Below are positions 52,711-62,035 of a stretch of 64,000 nucleotides of DNA, one piece after another. A model generated the notes under the pieces. That model saw only the letters and a program-made list of their open reading frames with translations. It was not told where the DNA came from and did not search any database. How positions within the stretch are numbered: the first letter of the stretch is position 1; every line of letters starts with the position of its first letter. This stretch comes from Spirochaetia bacterium (GTDB lineage Bacteria > Spirochaetota > Spirochaetia > CADAEX01), in contig OY759746.1 in NCBI GenBank assembly GCA_963662795.1, positions 2,304,001 to 2,368,000 on the forward strand, read 5' to 3'. The position numbers and the translations under genes are program-made.

Positions 52711-52875
52711 ATGGAATTTATAAACCTTTCACTTTATGAAGATGCAAGGCACGCAAGATTTTCAATAACGATAGATGATATGACATTTATAGGCCAGGAA
52801 TTAAAAGTCGGCTTAATTGAAACGGGCTACCTGGTGAGCGGGAAAGTCGGGTATGAGGTGTATAGAAGTTTTTAA
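52711..52875 (+). pseudogene. remnant of an unknown gene, paralogous to 43722-43871
   Basis: HARFSITIDDMTFIGQE...GYLVSGKVGYEVY. Confidence 0.45.
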
Positions 52876-53753
52876 TTATTTAGGATATCTCGCACTTTTG
52901 CCGCAGAAATTTTGATTGCATCAGCGGAATATTTATAATTTAAAGCTGCAACTCCTGCATAAATTAGATCCATAATCAATATCTGAGATAATCTCGAATA
53001 AGAAGATATCTGAAAATCATCCAGTTCTGCCTTTGCAGATGTTAGCTTTATATCAGCAGCTCTAATTAATGGAGAATTATTGGGTCCGGTAATTGCTATA
53101 GTTGGGACCTTGCGTTCTTTACAATATTGGATCGCTTTTAAAACAGGTTCAGATTTCCCTGAATAGCTAATACCGATAGCAACATCATCGGGATTTAGAA
53201 GTGAAGATGTTGCTGCCATTTCAGCTGAATCAACATAAACATTACTGAAAAAACCTATTCTGTAAAATCTTAAATGAGCATTTTTTGCAGCAATAGAAGA
53301 ATTACCTACAGCGTAAAAATTAATTGATCTGGCTTTGGATATAACATCTACTGCTTTTTTAATTTCATGAAAATCTATGTTCTTTGCAGTTATATCAATA
53401 GTGTTTATATAATCGGTTTTTATTTTTTCAGCCATACTATCCAGTGATTCGTTTTCATGAATATCTGCAAAAATATAATCTTCCTGAGAAGATTTAATTT
53501 CGGAATTATCGGGATTTTCATAACTGACTATTGCAATTTTAAAATTATAAAAACTGCTGAATCCAATTGCCCTGATAAATCTTGTTACAGTAGATTCTGA
53601 AACAGTGCATTTCTCTGCAATGTTTTTAATCCGCATAAATTTTAAATTATCCATGTTTTCAAGAAAGTATTTTCCAATCCTTGAAAAGGATGGATTAAAC
53701 GATGGCATAAGATTTTTAATTCTGCTGTACAGATTATTAGGTGTTCCATCCAT
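52872..53753 (-). CDS. RpiR/MurR-family regulator
   Basis: VSESTVTRF..IGF..F..FK HTH; VGNS, ISYSG, AITG..SPL SIS motifs. Confidence 0.92.
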   Translation of the reverse strand: MDGTPNNLYSRIKNLMPSFNPSFSRIGKYFLENMDNLKFMRIKNIAEKCTVSESTVTRFIRAIGFSSFYNFKIAIVSYENPDNSEIKSSQEDYIFADIHENESLDSMAEKIKTDYINTIDITAKNIDFHEIKKAVDVISKARSINFYAVGNSSIAAKNAHLRFYRIGFFSNVYVDSAEMAATSSLLNPDDVAIGISYSGKSEPVLKAIQYCKERKVPTIAITGPNNSPLIRAADIKLTSAKAELDDFQISSYSRLSQILIMDLIYAGVAALNYKYSADAIKISAAKVRDILNN

Positions 53754-53823
53754 ACATAAAGATTACTTTACTTAATTCATTTAATCAATATCTTGATATT
53801 TTAAGCTATTATCAAAAAAAAAC

Positions 53824-53892
53824 TTGACAAGCTATATATATATGATAACATTTTAGAATGAAATTTCCATTTAAGATGAAATGAAATTTCAT
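53824..53892 (+). promoter_or_regulatory. promoter and two palindromic operators
   Basis: TTGACA-16 bp-TAACAT with TG extension; ATGAAATTTCCAT (53858) and perfect ATGAAATTTCAT (53881). Confidence 0.65.
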
Positions 53893-53925
53893 ACAATAAC
53901 AACTAAATTATAACAAGGAGGAAAA

Positions 53926-55176
53926 ATGCTGGGAATAGTAAAAAAGCATGAAAAGGAATGGGTAGAATTTACCCGGGAGATTGTCAAAATCCCTTCAGTA
54001 ACAGGGAGTGAAGGGAAACTGGCAGAATTTCTTTTAAAACACCTTAAAAAACTTGGGATAACTGAATCATTTATTGATGAAGCAGGAAATCTTGTAGGAA
54101 TAATAAGGGGTAAGGGACATGGTCCAAATATAATGCTTAACAGTCATCTTGACATCGTGCCTGAAGGGACACTGGATGACTGGCTGCCTTATGGGCCATT
54201 TGAAGCTGCTGTAGATGATAGGAGAAATATTATTGGCCGCGGAGTTTGCGATCTCAAGGCAGGAATGGCAGTACAGATTTTTACAATGAAAGTAATTCAG
54301 GAAGCAATTAAGAAAAATAAAATATCACTTCCTGGTGACTTGATTTTTACAGCTGTAGTGCATGAGGAAGCCGCAGAAATGCTTGGTATGGAATACTTAA
54401 TAGAAAAAACCATGCCCAGGCACAATATTAAATGCGACCTCGTATTTTTATCTGAACCTACCAGCAATGATATAGCGCTGGGACATAGAGGAAAAATTGA
54501 AATTGCAATTAAAACTGATGGGAAAACAGCACACTCATCACAGCCAAAACTTGGCATAAATGCACTTGAAAAAATGCTCCCGATTATGGATGCAGTATTT
54601 TACAGGATGGAAGATAAACTCAAATCAGATCCTGTATTAGGTGAAAGCTCGATAACAATTACCAACTGCACCGTTAAACCAGGAGCATTAAGTATTGTTC
54701 CAGACGAATGCGAAATATCGGTAGACAGACGCTATATGCCTGGAGAAAAACTTGATGACATATTAAATGATTTCACAGAGTTATTCAAGGAAATCCAGCG
54801 CAAGGACAAGGAATTCAGAGCAACTGCTGAAGCAAGGGTTTTCACTGAAAAGACATATACCGGGTATGAAAAAACAGTAAAAAAATATCATCCACCCTGG
54901 AAGACTGATATTAACAACAAATTTGTGCAGAAAACATTTAAGGCATTAAAATCTATTGGTCAAAATCCTGCTGAAAAATACTGGAAGTTTGGAACTGATG
55001 GCAGTATGTCTGCCGGTATTCATTCAATACCAACAATTGGGTACTCCGGCGCAGTTGAAAAATGGGCACATCAACCAAAAGAACAGGTAAATATTGATGA
55101 AATGCTTAAAACTTTTGAAGGGCATATCGCAATTATCTGTGAACTTATGGAACTGGATATAAATAATTTTAAATAA
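53926..55176 (+). CDS. M20 family metallo-amidohydrolase (ArgE/DapE/YgeY-like)
   Basis: SHLDIV, GRG.CDLK, HEE, EPT, GHRG, AHSS.P..G.NA, FGTDG, AH. Confidence 0.9.
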   Translation: MLGIVKKHEKEWVEFTREIVKIPSVTGSEGKLAEFLLKHLKKLGITESFIDEAGNLVGIIRGKGHGPNIMLNSHLDIVPEGTLDDWLPYGPFEAAVDDRRNIIGRGVCDLKAGMAVQIFTMKVIQEAIKKNKISLPGDLIFTAVVHEEAAEMLGMEYLIEKTMPRHNIKCDLVFLSEPTSNDIALGHRGKIEIAIKTDGKTAHSSQPKLGINALEKMLPIMDAVFYRMEDKLKSDPVLGESSITITNCTVKPGALSIVPDECEISVDRRYMPGEKLDDILNDFTELFKEIQRKDKEFRATAEARVFTEKTYTGYEKTVKKYHPPWKTDINNKFVQKTFKALKSIGQNPAEKYWKFGTDGSMSAGIHSIPTIGYSGAVEKWAHQPKEQVNIDEMLKTFEGHIAIICELMELDINNFK

Positions 55177-55223
55177 TCCAGTTTTTTTATTTTTTAAAAA
55201 ACCAGTTATAGGGAGAAATTTAT

Positions 55224-56435
55224 ATGGTAACTACAAGACCGAAAAGACCCACGAAGGGTTTTATAATAATGATTGTTTTAGCGTTATTAATTTATGGATG
55301 GAGTCTTTTTCCAAAGCCTTCAGTTTCAATAATACCAGATTATAACACCTGGCTTGCTGATGCAGGAAAAGGAAACATTATTGCAAAAATTGCATGGATG
55401 CTTGGTGACTGGGGAGATCCGGCTTATCAGAAAACAGCACTGGGTGGACTTATGATGATTCTCGGCGCGGCAATAGCTGTTTTCCTTGAAAAAAAGAAAA
55501 AATGTGTATTCGGAGTCTGTTACGGAACAGGATTATTTTGGAGAATGCTATCTGCACAGTTTTTAGCGGCCATTATTTCTAATTTTCTTTACCAGAATCT
55601 ATTTAGAACACAGGATATAGGATTTGTTCCTACCTTTATACCAATAGTCAGTATAACTCCAGGTTTAATCCTTGTTTACGGTGGAGAATGGAGAAAGGTA
55701 ATTACCGCAGGTGTTTTCGGAGGATTAATTGGCTGTCCATTTGCATATTTTATATTCAAGTTATTTGTGCAGCCATGGGGGCTGATAGGAGCTGTAGCAT
55801 GGGTTACACCAATGATAGTAGGCGCACTTGTGGCTTTCGAAGCATGTAAATACCTGCCGTGGATGGCAAAACAGGCATCAGATCCCGTAGAACCAGTAAA
55901 GCAAACAGCTTCATCTGATATTACAGAGGATGCAAGTGCTTGCTGTGCACCGGCTATGAATGATTCATGGTTTATAAAGAGAGTTTTTGCAGATTTTACA
56001 GAAGCTAATTTCTATGGAAGTGAAGTTGCTGGATTCTTATTTATTGTCGGCGGTATAATTACTATTTATTTAAATCCGTTTAATCCTGGTTATGGAAACG
56101 GTAATACATACCTTGCAATGTTGTCCTCCCAAATTCTGGCAGCTTCAATCGGTATTTTCCTTTACTGGCACAGATGGTATGAACTTGGATGGTATCCAAC
56201 TTTTGTTCCGGTAGTAACCATGGGACCCACATTTGTTATTTTATATGGCCCAAGTTTACATGTAGTTGTTACCGGTGCGGCAGTAGGTGCTTTATTTATG
56301 CCGCCGTTTGCAAACTGGGTAGCAAGAAGCCTGCCGTCACATCAGCATCCTTATATCGGGGCAGTAACATCAATGTTTGTGAACTGCATTGTAATGATCT
56401 CAATTTTCAATTATGTACCAGGATTTGGTGTATAA
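55224..56435 (+). CDS. uncharacterised polytopic membrane protein with two internal repeats
   Basis: about 11 hydrophobic segments; duplicated YG.G...L..Q.LAA.I and PTF.P.V...P...L.YG motifs. Confidence 0.85.
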   Translation: MVTTRPKRPTKGFIIMIVLALLIYGWSLFPKPSVSIIPDYNTWLADAGKGNIIAKIAWMLGDWGDPAYQKTALGGLMMILGAAIAVFLEKKKKCVFGVCYGTGLFWRMLSAQFLAAIISNFLYQNLFRTQDIGFVPTFIPIVSITPGLILVYGGEWRKVITAGVFGGLIGCPFAYFIFKLFVQPWGLIGAVAWVTPMIVGALVAFEACKYLPWMAKQASDPVEPVKQTASSDITEDASACCAPAMNDSWFIKRVFADFTEANFYGSEVAGFLFIVGGIITIYLNPFNPGYGNGNTYLAMLSSQILAASIGIFLYWHRWYELGWYPTFVPVVTMGPTFVILYGPSLHVVVTGAAVGALFMPPFANWVARSLPSHQHPYIGAVTSMFVNCIVMISIFNYVPGFGV

Positions 56436-56461
56436 ATTGATGATTTCCATTGGAGGATTAA

Positions 56462-57412
56462 ATGGCTAAATTATTAAAAACAAATATCGAAGAAGCAGTT
56501 AAAAGAATAGATATATGGAAAGGAAAAGATATTAAATTTGAACCGGTAAAAGGCGGAATAACAAATCCCAATTTCAAAGTTACTGTAAACAGTAAAAATT
56601 ATTTTTTAAAAATCCCAGGTGCCGGAACTGAAGACTTTATCAACAGGGATAACTGTCATCAGGCTAATGTGATAGGCATGGAATCCGGAGCCGGACCGGT
56701 TGTTGTTCAGTATTTCTCTGATACAGGTGTTGAAGTCTGGGAATGGATGGAAGGATACAGACAGGTAACATTTGGGGATATCTATTATGAAAAAATATTC
56801 AGGAAAATTGCTGAATCAATAAGAAACCTACATAATATAAAAGGGAAAACACTGCCTTTAAAACAGACATTATTTGAACAGGCATGGCAGATGGTTGAAA
56901 GATCCAAGGGAGGGGGGTATTTACCACCATGGTATGACAAAATGCTCTTTATCCTGGAAAGAATTGAGAAAGCATGTCTCAAAGATGGCATTGACTGGAA
57001 ACCATGTCATAACGACTTCTGGACAAATAATTTTATGTATAATGATGAAAAAAATGATCTTAAACTCATCGATTTTGAATATGCGTCTATGAACGATCCA
57101 TATAATGACCTTGGATGTTTTTCAACAACCAATTATCTGCCCGAAGGAATGGATGTACTTTTATCAGAAATCTACCATGGCGGATGGAATGAAAAAGGGT
57201 TTGCAAGACTCAAGCTTTATAAAATTGTTGCTGACATTAAATGGGGATTCTGGGCATTGCAGCAGTATCTTTTTTCTGATGTGAATTATGATTTTATGAA
57301 CTGGTACGGCATGAAAACAGCAAGGCTTCAGCATTTATGGCAGGATCCAAGACTTGATTACTGGATTAATCTTCTTAACGGAAAACCAATTTTCAGGCAG
57401 TTGAAAAAATAA
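56462..57412 (+). CDS. choline/ethanolamine kinase-like phosphotransferase
   Basis: GGITN.NF, LKIPG, Brenner motif CHND...NN, IDFEYA.MND...DL. Confidence 0.9.
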   Translation: MAKLLKTNIEEAVKRIDIWKGKDIKFEPVKGGITNPNFKVTVNSKNYFLKIPGAGTEDFINRDNCHQANVIGMESGAGPVVVQYFSDTGVEVWEWMEGYRQVTFGDIYYEKIFRKIAESIRNLHNIKGKTLPLKQTLFEQAWQMVERSKGGGYLPPWYDKMLFILERIEKACLKDGIDWKPCHNDFWTNNFMYNDEKNDLKLIDFEYASMNDPYNDLGCFSTTNYLPEGMDVLLSEIYHGGWNEKGFARLKLYKIVADIKWGFWALQQYLFSDVNYDFMNWYGMKTARLQHLWQDPRLDYWINLLNGKPIFRQLKK

Positions 57413-57431
57413 ATAATAGCAGGAGCTAATA

Positions 57432-58385
57432 ATGATAAAAAAACTTAAAAAAACAAATATTGATGAAGCTATTGCAAGAATTGATGAGTGGAAAGGAAAA
57501 AACATAAAATACGTTTCAGAAACTACTGGTATAACAAATCCTAACTTTAAAGTCACAGTTGACGGTAAGAATTACTTCCTGAAAATACCCGGCGCCGGAA
57601 CTGACAATTTTATTGACAGAGATAACTGTCATGAAGCAAGTAAAATAGCAACTGAAACAGACGCGGGACCAGTTGTAACACATTATTTCGAAGATACAGG
57701 TGTTGAGGTCTGGGAATGGCTTGAAGGTTACAGACAGGTTACATGGGGTGATATGTATAATGAAAATATTGTAAAAACTATCTGCAGCGGTATTAAAAAA
57801 TTCCACAATAATAAGAATCATATTCTTCCTGTGAAGTTAACACTTTTTGAACAGTCATGGCATATGATCGAACTTGCGGAACAGGGCGGATATGAACCGC
57901 CATGGCATGAAACTTTTCTTAACCTGCAAAAAAGAATTGAAGAAGCTATATTGAAAGACGGTATAGAATATAAGCCATGCCATAATGATTTCTGGTCAAA
58001 TAATTTTCTCTATAATGATGCGAAACAGGATTTTAAAATGGTTGACTTTGAATATAGTTCAATGAATGATCCATACAATGATCTTGGATGCTGGTCTGAC
58101 ATAAATTATTTTTCAGAAGATATGGATGTTGCACTCAGCAATCTATATCACGGCGGATGGGATGAGAAGGGTTTTGCAAAAATCAAACTTTATAAAATTA
58201 TTGCTGCAATCAAATGGGGTTATTGGGCTCTTCAGCAGTATGTCAACTCTGACGTTAAATATGATTTTATGGATTGGTGGGGAATTAAAATAGGCCGGCT
58301 TCAGCATTATATTATTGATCCACGTGTAGAGTACTGGATTAATTACCTTAATGGCAGACCGGTTTACAGGCAAAAAGTTAAATAA
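57432..58385 (+). CDS. choline/ethanolamine kinase-like phosphotransferase, paralogue
   Basis: TGITNPNF, CHNDFWSNN, VDFEYSSMND; collinear with the upstream gene. Confidence 0.9.
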   Translation: MIKKLKKTNIDEAIARIDEWKGKNIKYVSETTGITNPNFKVTVDGKNYFLKIPGAGTDNFIDRDNCHEASKIATETDAGPVVTHYFEDTGVEVWEWLEGYRQVTWGDMYNENIVKTICSGIKKFHNNKNHILPVKLTLFEQSWHMIELAEQGGYEPPWHETFLNLQKRIEEAILKDGIEYKPCHNDFWSNNFLYNDAKQDFKMVDFEYSSMNDPYNDLGCWSDINYFSEDMDVALSNLYHGGWDEKGFAKIKLYKIIAAIKWGYWALQQYVNSDVKYDFMDWWGIKIGRLQHYIIDPRVEYWINYLNGRPVYRQKVK

Positions 58386-58431
58386 GACTTAACAATATTT
58401 TTTTTGTTAGAAAAATTACTTGTAAGTTTCT

Positions 58432-58467
58432 GGACAGGAGTTGAGTTTCAACTTCTGTCCTTTTTTT
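58432..58467 (+). terminator. intrinsic terminator
   Basis: GGACAGGAGTTGA-GTT-TCAACTTCTGTCC-T7. Confidence 0.85.
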
Positions 58468-58520
58468 AATGTTTACCGTATTAGGGATATTTCTCCATTT
58501 TTACCTATTGACAGTACAGG

Positions 58521-59363
58521 TCAGTGAAAGGTAATGTTTCTCTTTTTCCGTTCATCTTTTTGTATCCCGATATTTAAAAGAGCTGTGTACAGAGCTTCTT
58601 TCAGTTTGTTGCCATCAAAAGTAGTTCTGTCTCCATCGAGTGAGAAAATAAAACCATCCGGATGTGAGGGCTTAATATCGACAAGTATTTCTGTCATTAC
58701 CTGTGGAGTCGGCACTTCTCTGGAATTGCAGATTTTTGTCTTTTGAGAAACTGATTGATATATGATAGGTAAATACATTTTCTGATTTAAGAGCCATAAT
58801 TTCCCCCTGTCTCATTCCAGTGACTGCAGCAAGAAGATTTCCTGCATAGTAAAGTGAGTTATTCCAGTAGAGTTTTGAATATTCTGGAGCAAGTAATTTT
58901 TCAACCTCCGCAGTATTTTCAGGCTGTGATTGGCGGTTGTATTTGATAATTGTTTTTTGCTGAAAGAGAGAAGCCAGGATTCGATCTGACCATGATTGAT
59001 TTCTTTGAGTTCTTTTTTTCCGAAAACAGGAAGTATATGCTTTTTAAGGTTCATCCGGCAGATATCTGCATAATTTCTTGAAAAGCTTCCGCCCCGGGCA
59101 ATACTTCCGCATATATAATCACACTTGTCCCAAATCCACCAGTTTTCCGAATAGTCGTTAAAAGTGATTTTGGTTATTTTACAGGGGATGAGCTGATTGT
59201 TTTTGTAGAGTCTGAAACAGTATTCTCTTGTTGCTGTTTTTGTTGATAAACCAGTTGAAAATGAGAGGCGTTCTCCATTTTGGCTATAAATATGGTAATA
59301 ATATACTTTTCTGCCGGATTTAATTAGTCTTTGATAAATTGTGAAAGGATCTTTAAACCTCAT
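58521..59363 (-). pseudogene. tyrosine integrase, frameshifted and truncated
   Basis: arm-binding (STG..TK..A) and SAM-like (KHILPVFG...L.EI) regions; last piece ends at NITFH, before the HxxR is complete. Confidence 0.8.
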
Positions 59364-59442
59364 AATACTCCTCTTTTCCTTGTCACTGGTGTCACCAGTT
59401 TTAAAGAGATGATTTATAAGGGTTAAAGAAAAAAAAGAAAGG

Positions 59443-59473
59443 TTATAAATCCTTACATTGTAAGGATTTATAA
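59443..59473. repeat. perfect 15-1-15 palindrome just 3' of the tRNA
   Basis: TTATAAATCCTTACA-T-TGTAAGGATTTATAA. Confidence 0.8.
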
Positions 59474-59476
59474 GGT

Positions 59477-59560
59477 TGCGGCGAAAAGGACTTGAACCTT
59501 CACGAGGGAACCCCCACTAGCCCCTCAAGCTAGCGTGTCTACCAATTTCACCATCGCCGC
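59477..59560 (-). tRNA. tRNA-Leu(GAG)
   Basis: GCGGCGA acceptor stem, D-arm GGTGAAATTGGTAGACAC, anticodon arm CTAGC-TTGAGGG-GCTAG, long variable arm, GGTTCAAGTCC; CCA not encoded. Confidence 0.95.
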
Positions 59561-59607
59561 ATTTTGAATTGTATTTTATCTATCAGCAAAAATATTGTCA
59601 ATATCCT

Positions 59608-61413
59608 TTAATTCAAAAAGTTTTTAATTTCCTTAAGGTCTTCAAGCAGCACAGCGAACTTTCCAAGCGCAGCGTTTACAGGCTCCTTCGATTCCATATC
59701 AACACCGGCGAGCTTAAGCGATTCAAGAGGATAACGGGATCCTCCCGATTTAAGGAAAGAGAGGTAATCGTTTTTCTCTTTTTCCCCTCCCTTTAAGACG
59801 CGCTCTGAAAGTGCAATGGCGGCTGAGAGCCCTGTCGCGTATTTGTAGACATAAAATGCCCTGTAAAAGTGCGGTATGCGCAGTCCTTCAAGGTCGCTGT
59901 TTGCTTCAAATTCCATATCAGGGCCGAAATAATCGGAAAGAAGCCTTTTATATTCATTTCTGAGTGAATCTGTCGTGAGCGGAATCCCGTTTTCAGCCAT
60001 TTTATGGGTTTTATGCTCAAATTCCGCGAACATTGTCTGTCGGAATATTGTAGCGATTATATCATCAATCTGTTTGCTTAAAAGATATGCCTTCATTCTG
60101 TCGCTGTCAGTTTTACTGACGAGATATGCGGCAAGGAGCTGCTCATTGAAGGTAGATGCTACCTCTGCCTCAAATATTGTGTAGCTGTAGTGTTGAAACG
60201 GATTGTTCCGTGCGCTGTACCAGGAGTGCATGGAATGTCCCCCTTCGTGGGCAAGGGTAAATACATCGCGCAGCACATCTTCCTTGTAGTTCATGAGGAT
60301 GTAGGGGTCGCCTTTGAATGAGCCTGCCGAGAATGCGCCTGAACGCTTTCCCTTGTTCTCGTACCTGTCCACCCATCCGTTTAACAGGCCGTTTTTAAGT
60401 GTAGAAGTGTACTCTTCTCCGAGTATAGCAAGGGAGGCTATTACTTTTTCAACAGCTTCCCCGTAGTTATGTTTTACCTTTATCTCGCTGATAATAGGCA
60501 CATATACATCGTAAAGGTGCAGTTTATCAAGTTTTAGCGCCTCTTTCCTGAATCTGTAATAACTGTGGAGTTTGTCGAGGTTCTCCCTGACAGATTTTAC
60601 AAGGCTGTCATAAACAGTTTCAGGCACCTTGTCCGGAAAAAGAGATGCGCTCCTGCAGGATTTATATTTTCTTACTCTTGCCCCGTAGACATCAAAGTGG
60701 ATGCTTCCTGAGTATAAAGAGGCAAGTGTGTTCTTGTGGCTGTCGTACATACTGTAAAATTTTTCATATGCCTTTTTTCTTGTCTCCCTGTCCGGATCAA
60801 TCAGAAATGTCTGGAATGTTGACTGTGAAAGAGGTTTTTCTCCTTCTCTGGTTTCGACAAAGCCGAAGTCCATATCAACGTCTGTCAGCGCAGAAAAAGA
60901 TTTTTTTGCAGTCTGTTTTGCCTCTGTCTGAAGCGCAATCAGCTTTTCTTCGCTGTCGGATAGAATATGCGGTTTGAAGCGTAATAGTTTTTCAAGGAAT
61001 ATTGAAAACGGTTTTATTTTTTCATCATCCAGAAAAGACTTCATTACCGGATCCGGAATGGATGTGATTTCCGGTGTTATGAAGCTGGTTTCTGTCTCCG
61101 CATTTGCAGCGGCTGTCATAAATCTGGAAAATCTTTCCTGATTTTTGCTGTCGCTTCCGTCTTCGCTGTGTTTGAGCTGCGCATAGTAGCCTATTTTTTC
61201 CCCTAAAATTCCGAGTCTGTTAAGGTAGGAAAGGCATTTTTCAAGGCTTTCAGCCGACCCTGCAAGTGTATTTTTATAGGAAGGGGCCTCTTTCACAAGG
61301 CTGTTAAACTCATCAAGCCCTTTTTCCCATTCTTCATCATTTCTATAGAGTTTCTCAAGGTTCCAGCAGTCTGAAGGTTTTACATCTTTTCTCTCAGGTA
61401 TTTGTTTTTTCAT
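59608..61413 (-). CDS. pepF: oligoendopeptidase F
   Basis: GKRSGAFS, PYILMNY, HEGGHSMH, AEVASTFNE, RIPHFY..FYVYKYATG. Confidence 0.93.
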   Translation of the reverse strand: MKKQIPERKDVKPSDCWNLEKLYRNDEEWEKGLDEFNSLVKEAPSYKNTLAGSAESLEKCLSYLNRLGILGEKIGYYAQLKHSEDGSDSKNQERFSRFMTAAANAETETSFITPEITSIPDPVMKSFLDDEKIKPFSIFLEKLLRFKPHILSDSEEKLIALQTEAKQTAKKSFSALTDVDMDFGFVETREGEKPLSQSTFQTFLIDPDRETRKKAYEKFYSMYDSHKNTLASLYSGSIHFDVYGARVRKYKSCRSASLFPDKVPETVYDSLVKSVRENLDKLHSYYRFRKEALKLDKLHLYDVYVPIISEIKVKHNYGEAVEKVIASLAILGEEYTSTLKNGLLNGWVDRYENKGKRSGAFSAGSFKGDPYILMNYKEDVLRDVFTLAHEGGHSMHSWYSARNNPFQHYSYTIFEAEVASTFNEQLLAAYLVSKTDSDRMKAYLLSKQIDDIIATIFRQTMFAEFEHKTHKMAENGIPLTTDSLRNEYKRLLSDYFGPDMEFEANSDLEGLRIPHFYRAFYVYKYATGLSAAIALSERVLKGGEKEKNDYLSFLKSGGSRYPLESLKLAGVDMESKEPVNAALGKFAVLLEDLKEIKNFLN

Positions 61414-62012
61414 TATAATTTCAGCTCCCCAAGGCTTTTTATCAGTTTTGCCATTGCTCTCCCGGCCCTTCCCCTGTGGGAAACAATATTTTTCTCACAG
61501 GCTGTAAGTTCAGCTGCGGTTTTCCCGTATTCTGTGATGAAAAAAAGCGGATCATATCCGAACCCGCCGTCTCCGATCATCTCATAAGTTATCTCCCCTT
61601 TGACAGTTTCCTGACAAACGTAGAACCGTTCACAGTCAAGGACTAATGCCATTGAGCAGACAAAATAGGCTCTTCTGTCGGCAATATTTTTCATTTTTTC
61701 GAGTAGATACTTGTTTCTTTCCCTGTCCGTAAGTTTATTTATCCCGTCAGACCCGTAACGGGCGGAATATATTCCTGGTTCTCCCCCGAGCGCAGGGATA
61801 CAGAGACCTGAATCCTCTCCGATTACAGGTGTTTTTGTCTGTGCGAATAATTCTTTTGCTTTGCCCAGCGCATTGTCGAGGAAAGTAAGACCTGTCTCCT
61901 CAAAATCAAATTTTATCCCTATTTCACCGGGAAGCAGAATTGTATGGTCAGGCATTACCGGAGACAGCTCAATTGCCTTGTTTTTGTTGGATGATGCGAG
62001 AAGTATTTTCAT
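61413..62012 (-). CDS. rdgB: non-canonical purine NTP pyrophosphatase
   Basis: ASSN..K..E, EDSGL...LGGEPG.YSARY, GFGYDP.F, KN.VSHRG.A. Confidence 0.93.
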   Translation of the reverse strand: MKILLASSNKNKAIELSPVMPDHTILLPGEIGIKFDFEETGLTFLDNALGKAKELFAQTKTPVIGEDSGLCIPALGGEPGIYSARYGSDGINKLTDRERNKYLLEKMKNIADRRAYFVCSMALVLDCERFYVCQETVKGEITYEMIGDGGFGYDPLFFITEYGKTAAELTACEKNIVSHRGRAGRAMAKLIKSLGELKL

Positions 62013-62035
62013 ATCTTTCTAATATAAAAAAAATA

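Larger units (their letters stand above)
32660..59400. mobile_element. decaying genomic island adjacent to tRNA-Leu
   Basis: broken integrase beside the tRNA 3' end, many IS relics and pseudogenes, visibly AT-rich cargo; left boundary approximate, no att duplication found. Confidence 0.6.
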
